Assembly (NCBI GenBank): GCA_964016885.1
Contig: OZ024747.1
Location: forward strand, 4,030,001 to 4,094,000
Direction: 5' to 3'
Origin: Eledone cirrhosa
Taxonomy: Eukaryota
Length of the DNA: 64,000 bases
The position numbers and the translations under genes were made by a program. Positions 39,699 through 53,409 of the stretch are shown piece after piece. How positions within the stretch are numbered: position 1 is the first letter of the stretch; each line of letters opens with the position of its first letter. The notes under the pieces are model-generated. The model was not told where the DNA came from, searched no databases, and saw only the letters and a program-made list of their open reading frames with translations.

Positions 39699-39909
39699 AA
39701 TGATGATGATGATGATGATGGTGATGGTGATGATGTTGACTATGACGATGACGACGATGATGATGATGAAGGAGAAGAAAGGCAAAGAAGACGACAGAAG
39801 GACTGTGCTCTAATTGTCAGCTTCCATTTTAAAGAATTTCTTCTTTTTTCCTCAGTCAATATGAAAAGCAGCAAAACTCCACGTAAAGTCAACATTGTAA
39901 TATTACCAA

Positions 39910-42900
39910 CTTCCTTACACAGCGACACACAGACAGACTTCCTTACACAGCGACACACAGACAGACTTCCTTGCACAGTGACACACAGACAGACTTCCTT
40001 GCACAGTGACAGACAGACAGACTTCCTTACACAGTGACAGACAGACAGACTTCCTTACACAGCGACACACAGACAGACTTCCTTGCACAGTGACAGACAG
40101 ACAGACTTCCTTACACAGTGACACACAGACAGACTTCCTTGCACAGTGACAGACAGACAGACTTCCTTACACAGTGACAGACAGACAGACTTCCTTACAC
40201 AGCGACACACAGACAGACTTCCTTGCACAGTGACAGACAGACAGACTTCCTTGCACAGTGACAGACAGACAGACTTCCTTACACAGTGACAGACAGACAG
40301 ACTTCCTTACACAGCGACACACAGACAGACTTCCTTGCACAGTGACAGACAGACAGACTTCCTTGCACAGTGACAGACAGACAGACTTCCTTACACAGCG
40401 ACACACAGACAGACTTCCTTGCACAGTGACAGACAGACAGACTTCCTTACACAGTGACACACAGACAGACTTCCTTGCACAGTGACAGACAGACAGACTT
40501 CCTTACACAGTGACAGACAGACAGACTTCCTTACACAGCGACACACAGACAGACTTCCTTGCACAGTGACAGACAGACAGACTTCCTTGCACAGTGACAG
40601 ACAGACAGACTTCCTTGCACAGTGACAGACAGACAGACTTCCTTACACAGTGACAGACAGACAGACTTTCTTACACAGTGACAGACAGACAGACTTCCTT
40701 ACACAGTGACAGACAGACAGACTTCCTTGCACAGTGACAGACAGACAGACTTCCTTACACAGCGACACACAGACAGACTTCCTTGCACAGTGACAGACAG
40801 ACAGACTTCCTTACACAGTGACAGACAGACAGACTTCCTTACACAGCGACACACAGACAGACTTCCTTGCACAGTGACAGACAGACAGACTTCCTTGCAC
40901 AGTGACAGACAGACAGACTTCCTTGCACAGTGACAGACAGACAGACTTCCTTACACAGTGACAGACAGACAGACTTCCTTGCACAGTGACAGACAGACAG
41001 ACTTCCTTACACAGTGACAGACAGACAGACTTCCTTGCACAGTGACAGACAGACAGACTTCCTTACACAGTGACAGACAGACAGACTTCCTTGCACAGTG
41101 ACAGACAGACAGACTTCCTTACACAGTGACAGACAGACAGACTTCCTTGCACAGTGACAGACAGACAGACTTCCTTACACAGTGACAGACAGACAGACTT
41201 CCTTACACAGCGACACACAGACAGACTTCCTTACACAGTGACAGACAGACAGACTTCCTTACACAGTGACAGACAGACAGACTTTCTTACACAGCGACAC
41301 ACAGACAGACTTCCTTACACAGTGACAGACAGACAGACTTCCTTACACAGTGACAGACAGACAGACTTCCTTACACAGCGACACACAAACAGACTTCCTT
41401 ACACAGTGACAGACAGACAGACTTCCTTACACAGTGATAGACAGACAGACTTTCTTACACAGCGACACACAGACAGACTTCCTTACACAGTGACAGACAG
41501 ACAGACTTCCTTACACAGTGACAGACAGACAGACTTCCTTACACAGCGACACACAGACAGACTTCCTTACACAGTGACAGACAGACAGACTTCCTTACAC
41601 AGCGACACACAAACAGACAGACCTTACACAGCGACACACAGACAGACTTCCTTACACAGTGACAGACAGACAGACTTCCTTACACAGTGACAGACAGACA
41701 GACATCCTTACACAGCGACACACAGACAGACTTCCTTACACAGCGACACACAGACAGACTTCCTTACACAGTGACAGACAGACAGACTTCCTTACACAGC
41801 GACAGACAGACAGACTTCCTTACACAGCGACACACAGACACACAGTCCTTACACAGTGACAGACAGACAGACTTCCTTACACAGTGACAGACAGACAGAC
41901 TTCCTTACACAGCGACACACAGACAGACAGACCTTACACAGCGACACACAGACACACAGTCCTTACACAGTGACAGACAGACAGACTTCCTTACACAGTG
42001 ACAGACAGACAGACTTCCTTACACAGCGACACACAGACAGACAGACCTTACACAGCGACACACAGACACACAGTCCTTACACAGTGACAGACAGACAGAC
42101 TTCCTTACACAGTGACAGACAGACAGACTTCCTTACACAGCGACACACAGACAGACTTCCTTACACAGTGACAGACAGACAGACTTCCTTACACAGTGAC
42201 AGACAGACAGACTTCCTTACACAGCGACACACAGACAGACAGACCTTACACAGCGACACACAGACAGACAGACTTCCTTACACAGCGACACACAGACACA
42301 CAGACCTTACACAGTGACAGACAGACAGACTTCCTTACACAGCGACACACAGACAGACCTTACACAGTGACACACAGACAGACTTCCTTACACAGTGACA
42401 GACAGACAGACTTCCTTACACAGTGACAGACAGACAGACCTTACACAGTGACAGACAGACAGACTTCCTTACACAGCGACACACAGACAGACAGACCTTA
42501 CACAGCGACACACAGACAGACTTCCTTACACAGCGACAGACAGACAGACCTTACACAGCGACTCACAGACAGACAGACAGACCTTACACAGCGACACACA
42601 GACAGACCTTACACAGCGACACACAGACAGACAGACAGACCTTACACAGCGACACACAGACAGACCTTACACAGCGACAGACAGACCTTACACAGTGACA
42701 GACAGACAGACCTTACACAGCGACAGACAGACCTTACACAGTGACAGACAGACTTCCTTACACAGCGACACAGACAGACAGACCTTACACAGTGACAGAC
42801 AGACAGACTTCCTTACACAGCGACACACAGACAGACAGACCTTACACAGTGACAGACAGACAGACCTTACACAGTGACAGACAGACTTCCTTACACAGTG

Positions 42901-43258
42901 ACAGACAGACAGACTTTACACAGTGACAGACAGACTTCCTTACACAGTGACAGACAGACATACTTCTTCACACAGCGACACACAGACAGACAGACCTTAC
43001 ACAGTGACAGACAGACAGATCTTACACAGTGACAGACAGACAGACTTCTTCACACAGCGACACACAGACAGACCTTACACAGTAACAGACAGACAGATCT
43101 TACACAGTGACAGACAGACAGACTTCTTCACACAGCGACACACAGACAGACAGACCTTACACAGTGACAGACAGACAGACCTTACACAGTGACAGACAGA
43201 CAGACCTTACACAGTGACAGACAGGCTTTCTTACACAGTGACAGACAGACTTACTTAC
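39910..43258. repeat. 28-bp satellite, about 3.35 kb (about 120 units)
   Basis: Unit GACTTCCTTRCACAGYGACASACAGACA; shorter 21-25-bp variants in the distal third. Confidence 0.97.
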
Positions 43259-43587
43259 ACCACCACCCCCTCACCCCCACACACACCACCACCACACACA
43301 CTACATATCCCCCCTCCCACCACACACTATACCCCCACCACCACACACTACATACCCCCACCCTCACCACAAACTACATACACCCCCCACCTTCCCACCC
43401 TGTATACTTACATCTTATTTCTTTTGTTTCTCTCTTTCATCCTACCTTCGTCTTCATCTTTGCCTTCTTCTTCTTCTTCTTCTCATCTTACAGAAATAAT
43501 GGTAGATTCCTTGATTTGATTAAATAACCTTGTGGTGCCCAATATTTAGTTATTTAGCTACCTTCCTGGATTTACATCCTATCTTAA

Positions 43588-43807
43588 CCCTTTAACATTT
43601 ACATTACTCTATATATGTTGTTATATTTTCACAGTAAAGGCTTTACCTCACATAATATCTCACATAATATTGAATCTACAAGATTTTGATATTATTTACT
43701 TTGAGAACAATACCTTAACATAAGTATGAGTGGTCTGTTATGGCCAGTTTGAACAGAAAGAGGTGAGAGAATTCTGGTCAGATATGGCCAGTTTAAATGC
43801 TAAAGAG
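43588..43807. mobile_element. piggyBac-type MITE
   Basis: TTAA|CCCTTTAACATTTA ... TAAATGCTAAAGAG|TTAA, i.e. TTAA TSD and CCC-initiated TIR. Confidence 0.85.
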
Positions 43808-44457
43808 TTAAATATGATCAAGATAAACTTGGAATTCTTTCCTTCTCCTGGGTTTGCTATTCTCTGCCAAATCTCTCCAAAATACGAATTTCACTCTGGT
43901 GGGATTTGGACACAGAACATAACAAGGGCAATTATTCTAATTTGTGAAAAATATTTTTAAAGGGTAAAAAAATCTGTAGGGGTGGGGGGAGAGTCCAAGC
44001 ATCCCCACCTATTTCCACCATTTTCATGGAAAAAAAGTCCTTTGTTTCATGTTTGAAGGTCAGATTAGTTGATAGCACATGCAAAAAAAAAAAAACAGCA
44101 AAATATACATTTACCACCCAAATTGGGAGGGTTGTTTATCAATAATAATACCTAAATCGGAATACCTTATTTTAATTGTTTCTACTTTTGGCGCAAGAGA
44201 TTTGAACTCAGACCTAAAGGGCCGTAACTCTTTGCTGCAAAGCATGGCATCTGGCCCTCTACCGATACTGCCAATCCAAATACCTTATTATAATAAAGAT
44301 AAATTATATCAAAGATGAAATACAGGATCAAAAATGTCTAAAATAGAGTGACTTGATTTCAAATAAAATTAGCAAATATTTCATTAAACTGCCTTAGAGT
44401 CTGTTACATGAATGTATTATGTCAACGATTTTTACGTCAGCTAAATTCGTGAAGGTC

Positions 44458-44760
44458 ATGGTTGGATATAGACCTTGAGGAGCCCAGGGTATTTCAGGTT
44501 TTTGGGGGGGCTCCCCCATACACAAACATTTAGAATACACAGCAAACCCCACAATTCACATGTCAAAGTTAGCTTGGTGTAATTGGAATTAAAAAATTAT
44601 ACATACTGGTATTAAATTCAAAAATTCTATTTTAAATCTAAAAAACCCAAACAAATTGCTGCTACGCTTGTCGCTGGTAGTCCCCCCCCCCCCACACACA
44701 CACACACACTGCAGGGGCCCGGGGAAATTGTTCCTTTTGCCCCCCATTAAATCCAGCTCT
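44458..44760. mobile_element. Possible hAT-like MITE (decayed)
   Basis: Imperfect termini CATGGTTGGATATA / TAAATCCAGCTCTG; a similar end TAAATCAGGCCCTG is at 30438-30451. Confidence 0.4.
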
Positions 44761-44799
44761 GCATCCATGCACTGTACAATACTTTTGTTTCACGTCACG

Positions 44800-45209
44800 T
44801 ACTCTCGGGTTCCAAATAATAGGGGAGGAGGGGTGTATGGAATAATTGGTGAGGGTGTATGGGGGGGGGGTGAGATAAGAGGGGGGGGGGGTTATAAAAT
44901 TGGTAATTTTTCTAGGTTGTCTCTCTTGATTTTTTTTAAAACTAGAATTAGTCGTTTAGTTTACATATTGCGACCCCAACTCATCCTATTTCTTTTATAA
45001 CGTATGGGATTTCTAGTAATGTAATGTTTTTGTCATGTATAATGTTTTTTAATGTCTAAAGAAAAATAATTGTCGCTGGAATGGTACCACTTAAAATAAA
45101 ATTTAGCCTGAGGGATTAGCAAAATGTAATATCTGGATGATCGGGTGGGGGAAATCCGAAAAATTAATAAGCGGTGCGTGGGGCAATGGTTATTAGAGGC
45201 CTGAAATTA
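44800..45209. mobile_element. Possible Tc1/mariner-like MITE (decayed)
   Basis: TACTCTCGGGTTCCAAATAA ... TTATTAGAGGCCTGAAATTA imperfect TIRs with TA ends. Confidence 0.4.
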
Positions 45210-45259
45210 CTTTCGACTGTTTTGTGTGATTCAATGCATCGAATTAGATCAATAAAATA

Positions 45260-45430
45260 CAGGTTACGGTTAACGGCGAGGAATTACGAAAATGTCCGAA
45301 AGTGTCATTCACGGAAGTTGACAGAAATTTGTCTGTGATCTTGAAAGATTACCCAATTGTCTCTCCTCATTCTATCTCTTATGTTTCTCTTGTAAGCATT
45401 TATTTTGGATAGCTACAATAACATGGCGTC
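45260..45430 (+). promoter_or_regulatory. Probable housekeeping-type promoter / 5' UTR
   Basis: Non-repetitive, locally CpG-enriched; ETS-like ACGGAAGT at 45311 and YY1-like AACATGGCG overlapping the ATG. Confidence 0.5.
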
Positions 45431-45436
45431 TGCAAA
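45423..45436 (+). CDS. Probable first coding exon (M-A-S-A-K/N, phase 2)
   Basis: Strong Kozak context aacATGG followed 14 nt later by donor AA|GTAGGT. No downstream exon identified. Confidence 0.45.
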
Positions 45437-46319
45437 GTAGGTCTATACGTTTCCCTGTGTAAATTATTGTATTACTTTCATTTAATTGTTTACCTTAACT
45501 CTATTTATATTTTGTTTTATCAATGTTTTAAAATAGTACCTTGGCTGTAGAATTTCGGTATTAGTTGTTGTTTCGGAACCAATTATCTTTAAATACATAT
45601 GTTTTAGTTGTACTAACAAATTATATTCGTTACCAAATGACCCACTGTATAATATAGACACACCTTCTCTTTTACGACAGTAAGGTGTTATCTGAGGGAG
45701 ATTTAGCTGTTATTTCAAGCGAGTTGAACGACCACATAGAAGTTTCCTTGTTTCAGATGACTTATTTTTAAAGGAATTTCAAAGCTTTGACAAAACTGTC
45801 AAGTTTTTCTTGGCTAGAATATCTATATTCGTTCTTTAATTCAATAACCCTGTATACCCGTGTATGACTGAAAGTCATATTTCTTATTGATTTGGACGAA
45901 TATGGCCCGCAAAACGGAAGGAAATTGGTAAAAAGAAATCATTACGTAAATGTGTTGTGAACAAAAACTATACTTTAAACAACACTTAAAACATATTAAA
46001 TATCAAAATATTAAAACTTCATAAATATATTCTCGACTCATCATAATTTCAAAACGGTACCATCTAAACATGTTGATTAGTTGCCTTGGTTAATAAACAG
46101 GGATTGTATTTCTGCCTATTTCTCAGACATAAAATAGAGGGTCAACAAAACATGCCACAAAGGACTTTATTCCCCACGAAAACGGAGGGAGAAAGGGTAT
46201 GGGGTGAGGGTTCGGACTCTCCCCCACCCCCGTAGTTATCTTTACCATTTAAAAAATATTTCCGTGTGTTATATTATTCATTTTTTTTTTGTTTTCTAAC
46301 CTGGTATATTTGCCAAGGT

Positions 46320-46660
46320 CTTCCGCAGCCGAGCGGAGTAAGACCCTCAAATACTGTGATCAGTCGGCCAGCTACATTTTTCAGCCTGTGGCTTTCGAGA
46401 TGTTTGGGGGAGTCGGGCCGCTGACTGCGAGGTTCCTCTCTTCACTGGCGGCTCGCCTAATAGATGTAACTGGTGAATCTCGCGAGGGCGCTTGGTTGTT
46501 CCAGCACCTCACCCTGGCCATCACCCGAGGTAAGACTGCAAGTGTGCTGGCTTACCTCAAAAATCATTAGAGAGGTTTCCCAGTACCCCTCGCTGCTGTC
46601 TTTTGTTCTAGTGTTGGCTCGGGTGTTCACCTTTACATTTTCTTTAATATTGTAACATTA
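46320..46660 (+). mobile_element. CRE-like (restriction-like endonuclease) non-LTR retrotransposon 3' fragment
   Basis: AAERSKTLKY...YIFQPVAFEMFGGVG...WLFQHLTLAITRGKTASVL matches the K..KY / F.P...E..G / QR...A..RGN RLE C-terminus pattern. Confidence 0.8.
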
Positions 46661-46699
46661 AAAGAATATATCCTTCTGAAAGAATCGCCAGCAATTTAT

Positions 46700-46887
46700 A
46701 ATTGTTTCTACTTTGGGCACAAGGCCAGCAATTACCCAGTGCATTACTGGTACTTTATTTTATCGACCCCGTGAGGATGAAAGGCAAAGTCAACCTCGGC
46801 GGGATTTGAACTCAGATCGTAAAGGGACTTGGCTATGCTGGAAAGCATGGCGTCCGACCCTCTACCGATACTGCCAATCCACTGCCC
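46700..46887 (-). mobile_element. Full-length family A SINE
   Basis: Reverse complement of the 16573 copy. Confidence 0.92.
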
Positions 46888-47499
46888 TTTATAATCCACC
46901 GCGAGCAATTTATAATGTTATCTAAGCATTTGTAATGTTATTTATGTATATATTTAAAACATATTTATGTTATTCTACTGTATATTTATTTATATGCTCT
47001 GTATATATCATGTGTGTTAATATTTTCACTCACATTTGTAACGTTATTTAATAAAGGAATATTTATCACATTGAAGAAATCCCACTCTGGCTCCAAGAGC
47101 CACCCCCGCCACCCCACTTCACGTAACTCCCTCCTCATGAGGGCTACCATCTTTCTGATTTTATGGAGGAAAACATCATTATTTTCCCCTCCGCCCCAAA
47201 AACTGATAATTCACCACGTGACTATTGTGGTCTATCTATAGGTATTTAGTGATGCAAACAAAATGGTTTAGCTGGAAAACTAAACCAATTTTTGTCCCCT
47301 CTCCTCAACTTGGTGGCAACTTAGCACTGCATTACACAGCCTGCTTGTTGAGGAATACTAAATTATTTACTTACCCCCCAAAAAGAAAAGTAACACACAC
47401 ACATGTACATATAGACATATATATATATTTAAGTATATATATATATATACATATATATGTATAGGTATGTATGTATCTTTATATGTATATATAGGTTTA

Positions 47500-47504
47500 T
47501 TTAC

Positions 47505-47535
<31 letters not shown>

Positions 47536-47548
47536 TATATATAGATAT

Positions 47549-47591
<43 letters not shown>

Positions 47592-47704
47592 TATATATAT
47601 ATATATATACACACACATATATATATATATATACACACATATATATATATATATACACACATATATATATATATATACACACATATATATATATATATAT
47701 ACAC

Positions 47705-47753
<49 letters not shown>

Positions 47754-47830
47754 CACACATATATATATATATATATATACACATATATATATATATACAC
47801 ACACACATATATATATATACACACACACAC

Positions 47831-47873
<43 letters not shown>

Positions 47874-48115
47874 CACACATATATATATATATACACACAT
47901 ATATATATATACACACACATATATATATATACACACACATATATATATATATACACACATATATATATATATACACACACACACATATATATATATATAC
48001 ACACACATATATATATATACACACACATATATATATACACACACACATATATATACACACACACACATATATATATATACACACACACACATATATGCAT
48101 ATACACACACACACA

Positions 48116-48201
<86 letters not shown>

Positions 48202-48218
48202 ATATATGTGTGTGGGTG

Positions 48219-48245
<27 letters not shown>
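47500..48245. repeat. Alternating (TA)n/(CA)n microsatellite
   Basis: Direct observation. Confidence 0.95.
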
Positions 48246-48249
<4 letters not shown>

Positions 48250-48492
48250 ATATGTTTTAATTGGCTCTTCAGTAAGTCCCTCATCCCCTTGCCTACCAAC
48301 CCCAGTTTTGTATCTTTATCAACTCCTTATATGGAAACATTTAATACATAATTAACACATTCCATAACCACTTGAAAATATTCCAGGAATAACCTTATTG
48401 TTGCTATATTAAGTTTTCAGTTCTGACTCTCTTCAGACATTCACATTAATTGGAAAAAGAGATAATAGAATGATTCAAATTCTACTTATATA

Positions 48493-48526
<34 letters not shown>

Positions 48527-48657
48527 TGTTATACTTTGGGAGGGTCATGTTGCCAATAAGAAACAATAAGAAACGCGCACCAGTTGTTTTCACTTCAATT
48601 TATTATAAATTTCTGGTTGGTTGGTTGGTTCTATAACCGGATGGTTGTTGACATGTT

Positions 48658-48700
48658 GTCAAAGTTCTTTCGTCACACATTATGTGACCTCTTCAGTGAC
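48658..48700 (-). ncRNA. Type I hammerhead ribozyme motif in PLE pLTR
   Basis: guca CUGAAGA g gucaca uaaug ugugac GAAA gaac UU ugac. Confidence 0.75.
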
Positions 48701-48983
48701 TGGGGATTCTTTTCTTTATTTTTTTATTTTGTGCCTCTCCTTTGTTCTGTCCTACGCCATCTTGCTTTTGTGTGTGTTGTGTGTTTAGTTTGCGCATGTG
48801 TTACATCCGGGTGTCTGTGTGTGTTTTTATTTGTTCATTTATTTGTTTATTTACATGTCACTAGTTGGTTGTTTGTTCTATGTGTGTGTGATATATACAC
48901 ATATATACATGCATACATACGTATATAAACATTTTCTTTTTTTTTTTTTGTTTTGTGTGTGTCTGTATGTTTTCATTTTGTCC

Positions 48984-49145
48984 TTAATTATAAGTTGTGA
49001 TGCTGTTATTCCATTCATGTTTTCTATTTAATTTTGGTTGGAGTTCATTTATGTTTATTGCCTCTGTGATTTGTCTGAACATTGCGTCTTTTCTGTGTGT
49101 AGATTCAATTTGTATATCTATATTCTCTAATTTGCCCTTATGTTC
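48984..49145 (-). pseudogene. GIY-YIG endonuclease C-terminus of a PLE ORF
   Basis: EHKGKLENIDIQIESTHRKDAMFRQITEAININELQPKLNRKHEWNNSITTYN*, containing the R...EA..I....P.LN motif. Confidence 0.8.
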
Positions 49146-49709
49146 TACACCCGGATGTAACACATGTTCAAACTAAGCACACAACACACACAAAAACAAG
49201 ATGGCATAGGACAGAACAAAGGAGAGGTACAAAATAAAAAATAAGAGGTCACAGAATGTGTGACGAAAGAACTTTGACAATATGTGAACAACCATCCGGT
49301 TATAGAACCAACCAACCAGAAATTTATAATAAATTGAAGTGAAAACAACTGGTGTGTGTGTTTCTTATTGGTTTCTTATTGACAACATGACCCTCCCAAA
49401 GTATAACAATATCGGTTTCAACACACGTTTTCAGATAAGGAATCTTGCTAAACAAATTCAGAAACGAAATATATATATATATATATAAGAAGCAAAGAAA
49501 ATTTCAATGATACGAAAGATTTCCTGGTGGAAGTTCAGGTGTACTCCAAGTTGGTATCCAGTTTCGGGGTGAAAATCTAACTATGTAGGTGTATAGATGT
49601 GTTTATAGCATGGGTCTAACCCATGCTAGCGTGGAAGATGGACGTTAAACGATGATGATGATATATAGGTGTATATATGTGTTTATATATATATAGGTGT
49701 ATATATGTA

Positions 49710-49887
49710 GGAAGACGCAGTAGAGTTAGATCACGAAAAACATGAGTGGAGGTGGTGAGAGCAGACCTCAGATCGCTGAAACTCACCAAGGAGATGATGA
49801 AGGCCTGTGACAAGTGGAGAGATGCTGTGCTGAATAGGACCCGTCCAACCTTTGCAAGCAGGGAAAAGCGGATGTAAAATGATGATG
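49710..49887 (+). mobile_element. RTE family 2 3' end
   Basis: Homolog of 59408-59590. Confidence 0.8.
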
Positions 49888-50049
49888 TGTATATTTATTT
49901 ATTTATATATGTAAATATTTGTTCTGTATGAGCAAGACATGGTCACCTGACCTAACATTGCCAACAGCAGGACAACTCCTCTAACCCATACCAGCTTGGA
50001 AAAATGGTTATAAAACAATGATGAGGATGATGATATATATATATGAACA

Positions 50050-50668
50050 TCGTTTTTATGTCCATCATTCCACCCTTGCATGGGTTGGACAGGTCCTTCT
50101 CAGCACAGCATCTTTCCACTCACCACCTTCTTTGGTCATCTCCTCTGTGAGTCTGTGATTTGAGGCCACCTCTTCGGCAGCTTCCTTCCTCTGGGATTTC
50201 CTGGCACTTCTTCACTCAGTGATGATCATTTATGTCCATGCCAACATAGTCTTCTCTCCTACACATTACATTAGATTCCTCTTAAACCCAGCTTCTCCCT
50301 CAGCTCGTCCAAGCTCTGCCTTTCTCTCACACTTACATTGCACATCTAATGAAGCATGGTTGCTTCATTTCTCTCCAGTCTATGTATGTCTTCACTACCA
50401 TGTTTCACTACCATGTAGCACCATGTCTTCTACAGTCACAGCCCATGTTTCACTACCATGTAGCACCACGTCTTCTACAGTCACTGCCCATGTTTCACTA
50501 CCATGTAGCACCACATGTCTTCTACAGTCACTGCCCATGTTTCACTACCATGTAGCACCACATGCCCTCTGCAGTCACAGCCCATGTTTCACTACCATGT
50601 AGCATCACATTTCATACACAGGCCTCATACGGTTGTCTTTTTGTACGTAGGGAGAGACCTCTTGTGGT
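50050..50668 (-). mobile_element. Old RTE fragment with internal 45-47-bp tandem repeat (50390-50605)
   Basis: The repeat unit encodes [13 protein letters not shown]; about 5 copies. Confidence 0.8.
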
Positions 50669-51080
50669 CCACATAAGGAGTAGTAAACTTATAGACTTCA
50701 CTGTCAAATACAACCCACAATGTACCTGTAATGCCTCATCTAATATGCAGAAAGTGTATTCATTTGGTTACAACATTTATTGGATAATACATTCTTATGA
50801 AAACTATTTCATAAACACGCTTGCACACATATATATTCATACACACATATGGATACATTCATATATATTTTTTTTTATAAGCATACAAATATATATATGT
50901 ACACACACATATATACATATATATGAGTACATATATATATGTGTGTGTGTGTGTGCATATATATATATATATATGTGCACACACACACATATATATACAC
51001 ACACATACACACGTGTATATATATATATTTATATATTCTTCAGGAACACTTGACATTATATACACACACACACAGATAGA

Positions 51081-51149
<69 letters not shown>

Positions 51150-51273
51150 CCAGATGACAGCATGCTCAAGAATCTGGGATTAAAAATTCTACACAAATTA
51201 GATTCAGTTCCCAATAATTCCCAAACCAGCTTGCTGCAAAAATACACTGAAAGACATTTCTTCAACTTTAAGC

Positions 51274-51325
<52 letters not shown>

Positions 51326-51689
51326 CATACATACATATGTGTGTGTTAGTGTATACACATATGCACATTCATTTATAGATGAACATACACATACAGCCAT
51401 GTAGTGTGTGTGCGTGAGTTCTTCCATTGATTGAGTCACAATAAATGAATGTTATGAACCTTCCCAATATAACACTTTACACTGGCATACCTACCAATAC
51501 TGAGACACTTATATGATGATGAAGCTACAATAAAAACAACAATAAAATATATATAATGGTAACAAAAAACAAAAATAAAATATATATAATGGTAAAAAAA
51601 GAAAAATAATAACAAAAAAAAAAGACCCAGAACAGAAAGCTAGAAAAATTCTTTTTCCAATAAGAAATATTCTCAACGGTGCATGAGCA

Positions 51690-51691
<2 letters not shown>

Positions 51692-51759
<68 letters not shown>

Positions 51760-51950
51760 ATATATATATAGAGATGTGTGTATATATATATATATGTGTG
51801 TGTATATATATATAGATGTATGTATATATATATATAGATGTATGTATATATATATATAGATGTATGTATATATATATATATATGTATATATATATAGATG
51901 TAAATATATGCATATATATATAACTGTATATACATACATATATGTATATA

Positions 51951-51988
<38 letters not shown>

Positions 51989-52484
51989 TGTATATATATT
52001 TATATAGATGTATATATATAGATGTATATATATATATATATATATAGATGTATATATATATATATATATATAGATGTATATATATATATATATATATAGA
52101 TGTATATATATATATATATATATAGATGTATATATATATATATATTTATATAGATGTATATATATATATATATATATAGATGTATATATATATATATATT
52201 TATATAGATGTATATATATAGATGTATATATATATATACATATATAGATGTATATATATATATACATATATAGATGTATATATATATATATACATATATA
52301 GATGTATATATATATATACATATATAGATGTATATATATATATACATATATAGATGTATATATATATACATACATATATGTATATATATATATATAGAGA
52401 GATGTGTATATATATATATATGTATATATATAGATGTGTATATATATATATATATAGATGTGTATATATATATAGATGTGTATG

Positions 52485-52516
<32 letters not shown>

Positions 52517-52725
52517 TGTGTGTATATATATATATATATATAGATGTGTATGTATATATATATATAGAGAGAGAGAGATGTGTGTATATATATATATATA
52601 GATGTGTATATATATATATATACATAGATGTATATATATATATATATATACATAGATGTATATATATACATACATATATGTATATATATATATATACATA
52701 GATATATACATATATATATACATAC

Positions 52726-52756
<31 letters not shown>

Positions 52757-52830
52757 CATACATATATAAATATACATACATACATACATACACATACATA
52801 CATATATACATATATACATATATATATATA
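51692..52830. repeat. (TA)n tract with periodic GATG/CATA interruptions
   Basis: Direct observation. Confidence 0.95.
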
Positions 52831-53248
52831 ATGAAAAAAATCAAAATAAATGGAAAAAAAAAAATTTGGAATCCTAATCTCACATATTTTTTTCCTTTCC
52901 TCCTCTCTTCTGAAAAACTGGCGGTACCCATCTAATCAATTTCCTTAACCTAGCTTCTCTATTGATTCTTGAAGATTCGGGAAGAAAATGTAATTTGTGC
53001 GCAAATGTGTTCCGTGTATATTTATAAATTTTTCATTAAACTAATTTGAGCAAAGATTTTCGGTATAATTTTCCTACAGTCTTTTTTTACTTGTTGCTGT
53101 TGTTGTTATATTATTTTTTTTCTGTCAGCCAATTTGACCTTCAGTTATTAAGTATGTTTCTAAAATGCACCCTACTCTACCACCGTACTTTAACTACTTA
53201 GATTATATATATATATGTGTGTGTGTGCGCATATATATATTGTACACA

Positions 53249-53299
<51 letters not shown>

Positions 53300-53356
53300 T
53301 CACACAAAATAAAGCTTAAATTGGAGAGTGCTTACTACATGCTGTATGTGTATATA

Positions 53357-53409
<53 letters not shown>

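Larger units (their letters stand above)
48522..49472 (-). mobile_element. 5'-truncated Penelope-like retroelement with inverted pLTR copy
   Basis: ORF end 49145-48984, pLTR with hammerhead down to 48522, inverted pLTR 49147-49412 plus about 60-bp tail; (TA)n both sides. Confidence 0.88.

Noticed and set aside
39910-43258. Repetitive [10 protein letters not shown] ORFs or CRISPR array
   Set aside because: A 28-bp unit is not a multiple of 3, stops are frequent, and there are no spacers.
48400-48445. Hammerhead-like CUGAAGA gagucagaacu GAAA (minus); similar at 32154-32190 and 5615-5650
   Set aside because: Stem I/III or stem II cannot be formed convincingly; possibly very decayed copies, not counted.
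47367-52931. YI/CV-rich long ORFs (also at 143-867, 3055-3843, 17725-19925, 35696-37653)
   Set aside because: Translations of (TA)n/(CA)n microsatellites.
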